From positions 1-60,596 of IMG/VR virus record IMGVR_UViG_3300024308_000030: a DNA stretch of 60,596 bases. The stretch is one strand, 5' to 3'. Below are positions 37,935-46,932 of this stretch, one piece after another. The position numbers were made by a program, and so were the translations under genes. Origin of the DNA: a virus. Its lineage: Duplodnaviria > Caudoviricetes. Positions within the stretch are counted from its first letter, which is position 1. Every line of letters begins with the position of its first letter. The notes under the pieces were generated by a model. The model did no database searches and had not been told where the DNA came from. It saw only the letters and a program-made list of their open reading frames with translations.

Positions 37935-39984
37935 TGCCCCCGGACGCCTTGACCGGGAGTTCAGGCCACCACTTGGGCGACTGGCTCATGACCTGCAGCA
38001 TGAATTGCTGGCAGTCCTCGGCGTCGTCTTCGTCGACGACAGCCACTACTTCGTCGTGCACGGTCAGCACCACACCGTTGTCGTTGGAACCCCAGCGCTT
38101 CTCGATCTCCAGCATCTGCTCGAAGACCACGATGCGGGCCAGGGCCTGGGTCACGTTTTCGGTGATGGCGCCGCCGTACACTTTCTTCATCCGGCGCTTT
38201 TCCTTGTCGTCGTACACCCAGACAAGGTCGCCGTCTTCCTCGAACTGGTGCTGGCGCAGGTCGTAGTACTCCATCCCCATGCCGTTCGGCAGCACGAGGC
38301 GGTTGTGCTCGATGCGGATCAGCCCCCAGTCGTCGAGGTACTCGTCACGGCCGTTGACCATGTCGAGGATGCTGTCGTTGCAGCGCCGCCAGAACTTCCG
38401 AATCTCGGCGTGTTTCCGGCGGTACACGTCCACTGTAGCCTGGGCTTCGCCTTCGGTCAATTTTACTCCACCCATGATCCGCGCCGCCCGGCGGAACGCC
38501 CCGCCGCCGGACTGGAACTGCAGCTGCAAGTGGCCGACCTTGCCGTGCTGGCGCTCCCGCGGGTGCATTTTCTTGTCGACCGGATAGCCGTAGATGTCCT
38601 CGGCTAAGTCGCAGTACAGGTCCACGCCGCTGCGGATCTTGGCGATGGTGTCCATCTGCCTGGCCAGCAGGTGGCAGACACGCAACTCGATGTTGGCCGA
38701 GTCGGCGACGACGATCTTCTTGCCCTTCGGCGCCACGATGGCGTCGCGCATGCCGGCGACGTGGACCTGGTCGTTCGTGTAGATCGTGCCGTCAGGCAAC
38801 ATAATGCGGTTGTCTTTCTTGTTGTACTTGTGCAACCTGTCGAAGCCCTTCGGCGTAGACAGCAACGTGTTCTTCGGCGTGAGCACCGTCGGTGAGCGCA
38901 CGCCAGTCAGGTTCTGCAAGTTGATCTTGCCGCCGCCGGCGGCCCGGTCGGTGTGGGTCTTGCCGTACAGCAGGGGCACAGCCAGCGGCCCGCGCTCGGC
39001 GATGCCCACGAAGCGCTCGATGCGCGACTCGGCGATGGTCGACTTGACACCCAGGCGCGCAGCGATCAGCGCTTGCAGGTCCGGGTCTTCGTCGTCCTCG
39101 GCCATGTCCTGCATGGCCTCGTCGGTCTTGGCGAAGGCGTAGACCAGCAGCGGGTTGCCCTCGGAGTCCTTGCGCTTGGGGCTGTACTTCATCGGCGGCT
39201 CAATGCAGAACTCCTCCCGCAGGATCTCGGCCATCTTGGCGTCGCTGCGCAGCTCGCGCTGCACCATCTGCATGCGGGTCTCGTGGGGCAGGCCGACGCC
39301 GATGTCCAGCATGTCAGCCACCTTGTCCAGCAAGTAGGCCTTGCGCTTGCCGAGGTCGGAGCGCATGCGCTTGAGCAGGTCGAGGTCCAGCTCCAGGCGA
39401 GGGTCGGCGAACATTCGGGTGAACAGGTGCATGAGCTGCAGCTCAGCGGCGGGGAACTTGTTGCGGAACTTGAAGAACAGGTCGCGGCAGCGGGCCACGT
39501 CGTTCGAGCAGTAGTCGCCATATGCCTTGAGCTGGCCGGGGCTGAAGTCGGCGCGCCGCTTGTTGATGGCGTCGTGCACGGCGGTGCCTTTCTCGGGGAT
39601 GCCGTACATCTTGCAGAGGTTGGCCAGGCTGTTGGAGACCTTCCCGCCGTGCAGGCGCCGGGCCATCTGGAGCGTGCAACCGTAGAACTTCGGGCGGATG
39701 CCGTAGTGGTGAGAGAGGATCAGCGAGTCGAACTCGCTCATGTTGTGGCCAATCAGGTACGCGTTGCTGAAGTCGATGTGGTTCAGCTGCCAGCGGATGT
39801 ACTCATCGTCGCCGGTCATCCACACCGGGTCTTCCATCCCCCGGGCGATGCTGAAGCCGATGGTCTCGAACCGCGTGTCGCGGATGTATTCCTCGTTGGT
39901 CATGTAGGACAGCGAGTACGCGCCCGACGCCTTGTCGGTGTAGTAGGTCTCGAAGTCCAGAAAGGTAGGGACAATGCCCGCCAT
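37906..39984 (-). CDS. DNA polymerase family A with 3'-5' exonuclease
   Basis: ExoI 'LDFETY', 'GHNMSEFD', 'NLQNL', motif A 'ADSANIELR', motif C 'TVHDEVV'. Confidence 0.93.
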   Translation of the reverse strand: MAGIVPTFLDFETYYTDKASGAYSLSYMTNEEYIRDTRFETIGFSIARGMEDPVWMTGDDEYIRWQLNHIDFSNAYLIGHNMSEFDSLILSHHYGIRPKFYGCTLQMARRLHGGKVSNSLANLCKMYGIPEKGTAVHDAINKRRADFSPGQLKAYGDYCSNDVARCRDLFFKFRNKFPAAELQLMHLFTRMFADPRLELDLDLLKRMRSDLGKRKAYLLDKVADMLDIGVGLPHETRMQMVQRELRSDAKMAEILREEFCIEPPMKYSPKRKDSEGNPLLVYAFAKTDEAMQDMAEDDEDPDLQALIAARLGVKSTIAESRIERFVGIAERGPLAVPLLYGKTHTDRAAGGGKINLQNLTGVRSPTVLTPKNTLLSTPKGFDRLHKYNKKDNRIMLPDGTIYTNDQVHVAGMRDAIVAPKGKKIVVADSANIELRVCHLLARQMDTIAKIRSGVDLYCDLAEDIYGYPVDKKMHPRERQHGKVGHLQLQFQSGGGAFRRAARIMGGVKLTEGEAQATVDVYRRKHAEIRKFWRRCNDSILDMVNGRDEYLDDWGLIRIEHNRLVLPNGMGMEYYDLRQHQFEEDGDLVWVYDDKEKRRMKKVYGGAITENVTQALARIVVFEQMLEIEKRWGSNDNGVVLTVHDEVVAVVDEDDAEDCQQFMLQVMSQSPKWWPELPVKASGGIGDRYADAK

Positions 39985-39993
39985 GCTCAGCTC

Positions 39994-40254
39994 CTATCGA
40001 CTGTGTGCGATCCATTGGATGTCGCGGACCTCGTCGTACAGCTCGACGTCCTGACGTATCTCCGCTTCGATGGCGCTGGACAGCTGCGCCATCATGCACG
40101 GGTGCTTGGGCGAGACGGTCAGCTTCCGCTTGCCGCCGTCGCCCAGCGTGTAGAACACCTCAACCGTCCACCGGTGAGGCCGGCCGCGATGCAGCTGCCC
40201 CTTGATGATCCGGTACGTGGGCCAGCCGTAGTGGTAGCGAACCGTCACGCTCAT
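39994..40254 (-). CDS. hypothetical protein
   Basis: 86-aa ORF, GGAG RBS. Confidence 0.55.
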   Translation of the reverse strand: MSVTVRYHYGWPTYRIIKGQLHRGRPHRWTVEVFYTLGDGGKRKLTVSPKHPCMMAQLSSAIEAEIRQDVELYDEVRDIQWIAHSR

Positions 40255-40795
40255 TGCTCAGGCTCCTGAACAGCACGGCCTGGCCGCGCAGGGTGTTGAC
40301 CCGGACCGTCACCGGCTCCAGGTGTTTGGGGTTACAGCAGGATCTGTTCCTGCACGTGTGGTCTAGCACCAGGGCGCGGTCGTACTCGCCGACCAGCCGC
40401 ACGTAGGTCGCGATGTGGGCCATATGGCGTTTGCCCTGATGCCACACCCGGCCGTAGCCGTTGCGGTTGATCTCGCCGCACCAGACCCAGCAGCCTTTGC
40501 GGTTGACCTCAATGCGCTCCTGCCAGTTGGGCGGCAGGGCGAGCAGCAGGTTGAACTTGCACTTGCCCCTGGCCTCACGGTGAGGGTAGGGGTAGCCGTC
40601 GCAGTAGCAGGTGCTGCCCCGCCAAGGCCTCTGGTTGGCCCAGGGATCGCGGAGCCCGGGCGACCCGCAGCTAGGGCACGGGGTGGAGTCGGGCTCGCCC
40701 TGGAACCGCTTGCGGCAGCTGCTCTTGCGGCACCGGCAGTGGACATCACGGCGTAATTTCGAGCGGGACGAGCGCTTCTTCTGGGATGTGGCCAT
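40160..40795 (-). CDS. Zn-finger + HNH endonuclease
   Basis: 'CW.W.G..N.NGYG...AH...Y...VG...LDHTCRNRSCCNPKHL..VT..VN' with Cys-rich N-terminus. Confidence 0.8.
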   Translation of the reverse strand: MATSQKKRSSRSKLRRDVHCRCRKSSCRKRFQGEPDSTPCPSCGSPGLRDPWANQRPWRGSTCYCDGYPYPHREARGKCKFNLLLALPPNWQERIEVNRKGCWVWCGEINRNGYGRVWHQGKRHMAHIATYVRLVGEYDRALVLDHTCRNRSCCNPKHLEPVTVRVNTLRGQAVLFRSLSNERDGSLPLRLAHVPDHQGAAASRPASPVDG

Positions 40796-41006
40796 CGTGG
40801 CATGCCTGCGCTATCAGGTTGAGGATGGCCATGGCCCCGCCGTAGCTGGGCTGGTGGCTGCCTCGGTCGTAGTTGCGATTGCGCACCCGGTTGGCCACGA
40901 AGCGGCTGATCTCGGCGGTGTCCGCGATCTGCTGGTCCGTGTACCCGGCCTCGTACAGCACCTGGTAGTAGGGCGCCCAATCCTCAACGCGTTCTGGGAA
41001 AGTCAT
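40746..41006 (-). CDS. HTH transcriptional regulator (Cro-like)
   Basis: 'GYTDQQIADTAEISRFVANRVR...PSY'. Confidence 0.7.
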   Translation of the reverse strand: MTFPERVEDWAPYYQVLYEAGYTDQQIADTAEISRFVANRVRNRNYDRGSHQPSYGGAMAILNLIAQACHDGHIPEEALVPLEITP

Positions 41007-41019
41007 CTCGGTTCCTCTA

Positions 41020-41054
41020 GGGGTCGGTGTGGGTTTAGTTTACACACCGACCCC
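41020..41054. promoter_or_regulatory. 12-bp inverted repeat overlapping putative promoter
   Basis: GGGGTCGGTGTG-N11-CACACCGACCCC; minus strand TTGTAA-N17-TAAACT. Confidence 0.55.
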
Positions 41055-41059
41055 GGCTG

Positions 41060-41755
41060 TTACAAACCGAGGCGCTTCTTACGGGCGGCCATCAAGGCGG
41101 CCAGCCCTTCGTCGTTCGCGCTTTCGGCCGCGTGGTAGGACACCGTGGCGTTGTAGGCGTCGAGTTCGTCCTTGGTGAAGAACGGCTCCAACGCTTCGGC
41201 CTGCGCCGCGCGGTAGCGGTTGATGGCCGCCAGGTGCAGCGCCTGGTTGGTCGCGTCGTCGATGGCGTTGTGGGCGGTGCCGCCGTACTCGCATTGGACG
41301 TGGGCGAACTCCTGGCGCAGGGTGCGGAAGCAGCGCTCGGAGCGGTAGTCCACGGGGTTCTTCATGCCGACCGCCGCGTAGGCCGAGTCCAGCCAGGTGA
41401 AGTCCTTGCGCGAGCTGGCCCACACTTCGAGGGTGTCCGGGTGCATCGGCAGCTCCTCGTCCTCGTCGGGCGACAGCCAGTTGCTGAAGGCGACCAGGGC
41501 CAGGTTCAGCGGGTAGCGCTCCAGCTCACGGTCGAACAGCTCGGCGCGGGCGGCCTCGCTCTGTTTCAGCCACCACAGGATAGTGCCGGGGTCGACCACC
41601 AGGCCGGCGGCCATGGCGCTTTCCAGCTCGATGCGAGCGTAGAAGGTGTCCTCGATGATGCCCAGCGTGGGGCTGAACTGCACAGCACCCAGGGCCACCA
41701 CAGCGGCGCGGTCGTTGAGACCCATGGTCTCGAAGTCAAGCATGACGTGTTTCAT
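41060..41755 (-). CDS. DEDD 3'-5' exonuclease (Rv2179c/ExoVIII-N-like)
   Basis: 'HVMLDFETMG', 'TILWWLKQS', 'RCFRTL', 'HNAIDDATNQA'. Confidence 0.85.
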   Translation of the reverse strand: MKHVMLDFETMGLNDRAAVVALGAVQFSPTLGIIEDTFYARIELESAMAAGLVVDPGTILWWLKQSEAARAELFDRELERYPLNLALVAFSNWLSPDEDEELPMHPDTLEVWASSRKDFTWLDSAYAAVGMKNPVDYRSERCFRTLRQEFAHVQCEYGGTAHNAIDDATNQALHLAAINRYRAAQAEALEPFFTKDELDAYNATVSYHAAESANDEGLAALMAARKKRLGL

Positions 41756-41931
41756 CTGTATCTCCGTCGGGGGAATGCAGCGAGCCCGAGACGTCGGGCT
41801 CGCCATAGAACGTGTTTCAGCGAAGCCGGGGTCACCCACAATCCCTGGCAGATGTGCTCGATCTCATAGCCGTGCGCCAGTAGCTCCATCGCCAGGGCGA
41901 TTTCCTCGGGGCCAAGCAGGCGCGCGGGCAT
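41752..41931 (-). CDS. small HTH-like protein
   Basis: MPARLLGPEEIALAMELLAHGYEIEHICQGLWVT...; overlaps neighbours on both sides. Confidence 0.6.
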   Translation of the reverse strand: MPARLLGPEEIALAMELLAHGYEIEHICQGLWVTPASLKHVLWRARRLGLAAFPRRRYR

Positions 41932-42485
41932 CAGTGCAGCGTTCCGGTGGGGGTCGGCGGCTCGGCCACGGCAGGGTCGGTGACCCACGCAGGGATGAGC
42001 CCTACGGAGACGGCGTGCTCGCTGAGCTGGCGCACGCCAGCGGCGAACAGCTGCCCCTGCTGCACCTCGGTGATGTCGACTCCGTGGGCCCTGGCCGTGG
42101 CGATACCCAGGGCGATGATCATCGCCATGTGCATGTTCAGCAGGTGCTCGTGCGGCGTGTTGGCGATGATCTCCGGGTTGCCATCCGCGTTGATCACCGT
42201 GGCCGTGTAAGGGCGCCCCGCGTTGACCGCCGTGATGAGCGCCGCGTTGACCGCCTGCGCCGTATCCGGCACGGTCACCGGCTCTACGACCAGCTCCAGG
42301 TAATACTCGGGGCTGCGGTGCATATCGACGGCCTGCATGTAGGTGCGCAGCAGCGCCTCGGCGAAGGGCCCCTCGGCGCAGACGTGGTTGCTGTAGTGCT
42401 CGCGGACACGGACCGGACCGTCGCCCAGCTTGGCGGCCAGCTCGCGGTAGCACTGGCCAGTGGTCGGGAATTTGTGGCTAGACAT
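41931..42485 (-). CDS. hypothetical protein
   Basis: 184-aa ORF in coupled operon. Confidence 0.65.
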   Translation of the reverse strand: MSSHKFPTTGQCYRELAAKLGDGPVRVREHYSNHVCAEGPFAEALLRTYMQAVDMHRSPEYYLELVVEPVTVPDTAQAVNAALITAVNAGRPYTATVINADGNPEIIANTPHEHLLNMHMAMIIALGIATARAHGVDITEVQQGQLFAAGVRQLSEHAVSVGLIPAWVTDPAVAEPPTPTGTLH

Positions 42486-42789
42486 GGATGTTTCCCCAGT
42501 AGTTGCTGCCTACGTACACCTTGATCACGCCCCGCAGCGCTGCCGCATTGGCGGCAGCAGTCATCTCGCCGAACGTTACCTCGGGTCCACTGCACAGGAT
42601 CTCGCCTTCGTGTATGACGACACGCGTCTTGAGCTCCTGGCTCCACCCCCGGTTGGGGGCGAAGTTCATCCAGCGCATGAACTGGTTCATGCGTGTCTCG
42701 CTGCGGCGCACGCGCTCGACGATCTCCTGAATCGGATCGCCGCCGTACTTGCCGTCTTCGTAGCCGTGAGGCCGTTTGTCTTCAGACAT
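42478..42789 (-). CDS. hypothetical protein
   Basis: MSEDKRPHG...; GGAG RBS. Confidence 0.6.
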   Translation of the reverse strand: MSEDKRPHGYEDGKYGGDPIQEIVERVRRSETRMNQFMRWMNFAPNRGWSQELKTRVVIHEGEILCSGPEVTFGEMTAAANAAALRGVIKVYVGSNYWGNIHV

Positions 42790-43060
42790 GGATAGCTCCC
42801 AGCGCCAGTGCGGCGCACAGTGTTTCGAACGAATCGTAGGCGGCATAGAAGCACACGTAGTTCTGCCGCGATCTTGGTATTGTCGTAACGGGCGAACGAA
42901 CAACCCACGTGCCGTTGAACGAGCCTACGTAGATGACCCTGCCGAATCGCGAAGGGCCGCCTGTCAGCCAATACGCTCCTGCGAACCGTGACGTCGCTGT
43001 ATTCATCCCGAGACTACGTAGAACTTGTAGCTGCTGGGGAGTAAAGAAGTCGCCGTTCAT
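42782..43060 (-). CDS. small array-family protein
   Basis: 'QVLRSLGM'...'YDSFETLCAALALG'. Confidence 0.65.
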   Translation of the reverse strand: MNGDFFTPQQLQVLRSLGMNTATSRFAGAYWLTGGPSRFGRVIYVGSFNGTWVVRSPVTTIPRSRQNYVCFYAAYDSFETLCAALALGAIHV

Positions 43061-43353
43061 TTCGTCAGCTCCAGGTAAGCGACCATCGCTTCGAACGTGT
43101 CGAACGCGGCGACGATGCAGAAGTTGCGGGTGTCGTGCCCGCCGTTGCGTTCTTGCTCCGTCATCGACGGGCGCAGTACCCAGTGGTCTTTGTACATCGT
43201 CCCGTACAACTCTCGGTCACAGCACATGGCGCCGAACCAGGAAGCATTCATGTCCGTCACGTCGTCTGCACCGCACCAGAGGCAAACGTAGGCGTACCCC
43301 AAGGTCTTCAGCCTGGTCTTGTACGCCGCCGGTATACTCACGTGGACGCTCAT
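43057..43353 (-). CDS. small array-family protein
   Basis: 'RLKTLGY'...'FDTFEAMVAYLEL'. Confidence 0.65.
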   Translation of the reverse strand: MSVHVSIPAAYKTRLKTLGYAYVCLWCGADDVTDMNASWFGAMCCDRELYGTMYKDHWVLRPSMTEQERNGGHDTRNFCIVAAFDTFEAMVAYLELTK

Positions 43354-44210
43354 GCGAGCGCCCCGGTGAAGAAGGCCAGCACGTCCTTGTGCATGGCGCA
43401 GGCCTCGTTGAATGCCGCCTTGCGGGCGTGCGGGTCGGTACGCAGGCGGTCAGGCTCGTGCTGGCACAGGTGCTGCGACAGGCGCTTGGCGATCACGTCC
43501 AGCTGAGGGTCGGCGGTGAGGTTCAGCGACGGCAGCACTTCGGCCAGGTCGCGGGCGTTCTCTACCAGGCTGTCGCGGAACACGGTCTCGGGCTTCGCCA
43601 GGCGATCGATGAACGCCTCCAGCACCTTGGCCACCCGCTGGTAGGCATCGCCCACGGCGCTGGTCAGCGTGGCCGTGGTGGTGCGCTCGATCTCTGCCTG
43701 GACCCGGGCCAGCTCGTCCTCGCCGATCTCGACGCGGAAGTCGCCGGCGCACGGCAGCGGCAACACGTTCAGGCGGAAGTCGAACTTGCCGGCCAGCACG
43801 TCGGCGGTCGGGTAGTCGTCCTCGTTGAACAGGGTGCCCAGCAAGCGCTTGGCTTCCTGGCGGTGCAGCGGATAATCACCCAGCAGCTGGGCGACGGCGT
43901 TGTCGAACTCGGTCTTGAACTCGCCGATGCGCTGCATGTAGTCGAAGTAGCCCATGCTCGACAGGGCGCGCGGGCCGGCGTCGGACCAGGGCAGAGTGCA
44001 GCGGTAGTGGTAGTCGCGGGCCGAGCGCACCACCTTCTGCACGGTCTCCAGCGCGGAGCCGTCGATCAGCGACTTGTAGTAGGTGCCCTGGTTCTGCGCC
44101 AGCTGGTGGTTCGCAGCGACCTCGGACGTGGCCTTGCGGTCGATCTTGCGAGCAGTCCACTGCGACACGCGCAGGTCAACGAGCATGGCTTTGGTGGCAA
44201 TGTGGGTCAT
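43350..44210 (-). CDS. DUF3150-like protein
   Basis: 'LVDLRVSQWTARKID', 'TLPWSD.G.R', 'FNEDDYP', 'FRDSLVEN' motifs of proteins accompanying phage AAA/VWA modules. Confidence 0.7.
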   Translation of the reverse strand: MTHIATKAMLVDLRVSQWTARKIDRKATSEVAANHQLAQNQGTYYKSLIDGSALETVQKVVRSARDYHYRCTLPWSDAGPRALSSMGYFDYMQRIGEFKTEFDNAVAQLLGDYPLHRQEAKRLLGTLFNEDDYPTADVLAGKFDFRLNVLPLPCAGDFRVEIGEDELARVQAEIERTTTATLTSAVGDAYQRVAKVLEAFIDRLAKPETVFRDSLVENARDLAEVLPSLNLTADPQLDVIAKRLSQHLCQHEPDRLRTDPHARKAAFNEACAMHKDVLAFFTGALA

Positions 44211-44230
44211 GGTGTTTCTCCGGTCAGGGT

Positions 44231-44497
44231 TTAGTTCATCGTCAGTGCGGCGTACATCACCGCGGCTTGCAACTGGTCTGGTTCAAACACTAGCAAGGGC
44301 GGTCCTACAGGACCAAATTTTTTCGACTTGTGCACGTGCCACTGGCCGGTGCCAGCGGCGTTCGGCATCACGACGGCGGTCTCCGACGCGTAGCCGCAGA
44401 ACTGAGTCTCGCCGTCGTAGCGGGTGATCGTGTACCACCCTTCGGGCAGCCACTCGGGTCGGTCTTCGGTCATTTCCACCACCACGAACTCATTCAT
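44231..44497 (-). CDS. small array-family protein
   Basis: 'WLPEGW'...'QLQAAVMYAALT'. Confidence 0.6.
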   Translation of the reverse strand: MNEFVVVEMTEDRPEWLPEGWYTITRYDGETQFCGYASETAVVMPNAAGTGQWHVHKSKKFGPVGPPLLVFEPDQLQAAVMYAALTMN

Positions 44498-44792
44498 AGG
44501 CCGGGTTGTATCCGTCCTGCTGGGTCAACATGAAGGCGACGGCGGCCGCAGCCGGCGATGGGAACCCACCGAGGATCGTCTTGGCCTTCTCCCTCGGCGA
44601 GCTGATAGTCGTGATCGCCCACAGCCCGTCGTCGAAATCGTCCCGCCAGATCCGCAGTGCCCGGCGCACCACCCGCCCATCGGGGTAGCGGAAGTCCACC
44701 ACCCGGCGCCACGACGGTACGCCCTGGCGGTCGGAGCTGTGCAGCTGCCACTCCTCGGGCATCACCCAGAGGCTTTCCTGGTGGCTGTTCAC
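44490..44792 (-). CDS. small array-family protein
   Basis: 'MPEEW'...'FPSPAAAAVAFMLT'. Confidence 0.62.
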   Translation of the reverse strand: MNSHQESLWVMPEEWQLHSSDRQGVPSWRRVVDFRYPDGRVVRRALRIWRDDFDDGLWAITTISSPREKAKTILGGFPSPAAAAVAFMLTQQDGYNPAYE

Positions 44793-45223
44793 GGCTTGAA
44801 CCAGCTCGGCGGGAAAGCCTCCAGATCGGCCGCGCAGTATTTGCGCATGTCGTATTCGTACTTCCTCATGGCTGCCTGGTACTCAGCCATGGACTGCCCC
44901 GGCTTGACGTTGCGCAAGGCGTCGTGGGCCATTCGCGCCAGGGACAAATCTGGCGTGTTGGCTTTTGCCGGCGCCAGCTCAGGGTTCAGCTCGACCGCCA
45001 CCACTGCTGCCACCGGTGTCGGGTAGAACGTCATCGACCCTTCGAAGTGCCACTTGATCGCGCCGCTCACGGGCTTGGCTCGCAGCTTCGGCTGGCCTTC
45101 CTTCTGGAATGCAGCGCCTTCCACCAGATCGTAGCCGTGCTCGTACAGCTGGCGGACCCAGGCCCAGGCTTCGTCTTCGCTGGGCGCCCACATGTCGATC
45201 AGAAGTTTCATTTTCGCCTTCAT
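44789..45223 (-). CDS. array-family protein with C-terminal extension
   Basis: 'APSEDEAWAWVRQLYEHGY'...'YPTPVAAVVAVEL'. Confidence 0.68.
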   Translation of the reverse strand: MKAKMKLLIDMWAPSEDEAWAWVRQLYEHGYDLVEGAAFQKEGQPKLRAKPVSGAIKWHFEGSMTFYPTPVAAVVAVELNPELAPAKANTPDLSLARMAHDALRNVKPGQSMAEYQAAMRKYEYDMRKYCAADLEAFPPSWFKP

Positions 45224-45226
45224 GGT

Positions 45227-45643
45227 CTACCACCCTCGGGGTTCGGTGAACTCAGTGTCGTCGGCTTTAGCCTCGATCCGTTCTGTGTAACTGCGTATCG
45301 GCACCTTAGCCTTCGGCACCTTAGCCTTTGGGGGCACCGGCGGAATTTCGTCGGTTTCGACGAACAAATCCAGGGCAACTACGGCTGCGACCGGAGACGG
45401 GTAGGTCACTTTCTCGTCGTTCATGAGCGGCCTGCCGTTCCTGCACACAATCCAGCGGACTGCGCCGGCGACCAAGCAAGGCAGCATGTACTGGCCGTGT
45501 TGGTTGACGAACCCGGGGATCGTGTTCTCATCCCCCGGGCTCGTCAGAATCCAGCCACGCTCGTGCATGGTGCGGAGCCAGGCCCAGCCTTCGTCTACTG
45601 TCGGCGCGGCGTGGTTAACTAGTCTAGTTATCGGATCTTTCAT
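45227..45643 (-). CDS. array-family protein with C-terminal extension
   Basis: 'APTVDEGWAWLRTMHERGW'...'YPSPVAAVVALDL'; close paralog of the adjacent gene. Confidence 0.68.
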   Translation of the reverse strand: MKDPITRLVNHAAPTVDEGWAWLRTMHERGWILTSPGDENTIPGFVNQHGQYMLPCLVAGAVRWIVCRNGRPLMNDEKVTYPSPVAAVVALDLFVETDEIPPVPPKAKVPKAKVPIRSYTERIEAKADDTEFTEPRGW

Positions 45644-45902
45644 CGCTCGCTACTCTGAAAAGGCCAGGGAAAATCAGGATCAGCTGGGCGTACGCGGCCT
45701 CCGCGTCGGGGAGCAGCGTGATGTCCACGTCGCCGACGATAATGCGCAGCTCGTCGCCCGTGGTCGTCGTGTGCAGCTGGATACGCCCGTCCGGTATTGG
45801 GTACGCGAGGTTCACCTCCAGCCGCGGCAGCCGGTCGTACATGATCTCGGCCGCGCTGGTGTTGGTGAAGCCCGTGTACGCCAGCATCCAGTTCTCAATC
45901 AT
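45624..45902 (-). CDS. small array-family protein
   Basis: 'MLAYTGF'...'LPDAEAAYAQLIL'. Confidence 0.6.
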   Translation of the reverse strand: MIENWMLAYTGFTNTSAAEIMYDRLPRLEVNLAYPIPDGRIQLHTTTTGDELRIIVGDVDITLLPDAEAAYAQLILIFPGLFRVASDERSDN

Positions 45903-46210
45903 TTCGGATCTCCCATCAGCTGCATCACGGCGTGGACCATCATCGGGTCAGGGTAGGGGCCAACGTCCCATGTGTCCCAGTCACGGTCGTCGTGGTAGCT
46001 GAACCCCCTGATGTGGTTCAGAGCTGGGCGCCAGGGGCGCCAGCGCCCACCCCACATACCCTGGTGCTTGCCCTGCAGGATCGGCACGATGAAGCGGCCG
46101 CGGTGCTCACGGACAGGCATAGCGAACCGCTCGCGGGTGCCGTTATTCCGCCAGTCGTAGCCGAGCTTGCGCATGGCAACGCGCTGCTCCTTGGTGCTAG
46201 TCCAGATCAT
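45899..46210 (-). CDS. small array-family protein
   Basis: 'AMRKLGY'...'YPDPMMVHAVMQLMG'. Confidence 0.65.
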   Translation of the reverse strand: MIWTSTKEQRVAMRKLGYDWRNNGTRERFAMPVREHRGRFIVPILQGKHQGMWGGRWRPWRPALNHIRGFSYHDDRDWDTWDVGPYPDPMMVHAVMQLMGDPK

Positions 46211-46478
46211 CTTTCGTCAACTCCCATGCGAACAGGGCTGCCTGCGGCGACTCGTGCCATTCGCCCAGCATCCCGAGCTTCCACAAGTCATTCGAGCAAT
46301 GCAGGTTCACCGCATAATCGGGATGACCGAACCGTCGGTTGAGCCTGATATCGGTCACCCCTCTGTACGCGGTACTTATGTCGGCCCAGCCTTCAGCTGC
46401 TACCCAGTCGAGGTTTCGTTGCTTGCGTGTCTTCCACTGCAACGGCGTCAGCTGGCCCTTCGCCCACTTGGTCTTCAC
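46197..46478 (-). CDS. small array-family protein
   Basis: 'WVAAEGW'...'HESPQAALFAWEL'. Confidence 0.65.
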   Translation of the reverse strand: MKTKWAKGQLTPLQWKTRKQRNLDWVAAEGWADISTAYRGVTDIRLNRRFGHPDYAVNLHCSNDLWKLGMLGEWHESPQAALFAWELTKDDLD

Positions 46479-46702
46479 TGCGCACCCCCCAGCAGTGCGT
46501 AGGCTGCTGCGGCCTGGACCGTCTCGAACCGCACTGTCTCCCTTGATCCCTTAGTCCATGCCACCCAGCCTGGGCGCAGATCGAACTCTTTCTCGATGGC
46601 GGCGGGGAAATGGTCGTCGTAACGCTGTTCACCATGCGTCCAATAAAAAACGTCCGGGTTGTTCACCCACCCGTTCTCGATCAGCCACTGCTCGTCGTTC
46701 AT
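46475..46702 (-). CDS. small array-family protein
   Basis: 'WLIENGW'...'FETVQAAAAYALLG'. Confidence 0.68.
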   Translation of the reverse strand: MNDEQWLIENGWVNNPDVFYWTHGEQRYDDHFPAAIEKEFDLRPGWVAWTKGSRETVRFETVQAAAAYALLGGAQ

Positions 46703-46932
46703 TCCGGCGGTCCTAGTAGAGCCCAGGCCACAGCGGCCTGGACAGAAGGGAAAATCTTCCCGTGCTCAGACCCGGCGGGAAACCCCTGCCACACCAGACT
46801 ACTGGCGTTCTGGCGAACCGCAGCGGGTTGGGGCTGGCTGACCCCTGTGCCTGGCGCAAACCACCACTCGCACATCGGCGTCCAGCCGTTGGCACGCAGC
46901 CATTCTTTGTCAGCGTTCGTCGAACTGGACAT
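46699..46932 (-). CDS. small array-family protein
   Basis: 'WLRANGW'...'FPSVQAAVAWALLG'. Confidence 0.68.
   Translation of the reverse strand: MSSSTNADKEWLRANGWTPMCEWWFAPGTGVSQPQPAAVRQNASSLVWQGFPAGSEHGKIFPSVQAAVAWALLGPPE

Noticed and set aside
38755-38907. Functional intein in the polymerase
   Set aside because: Too short and lacks the N-terminal C/S and C-terminal HN+C/S/T splice residues.
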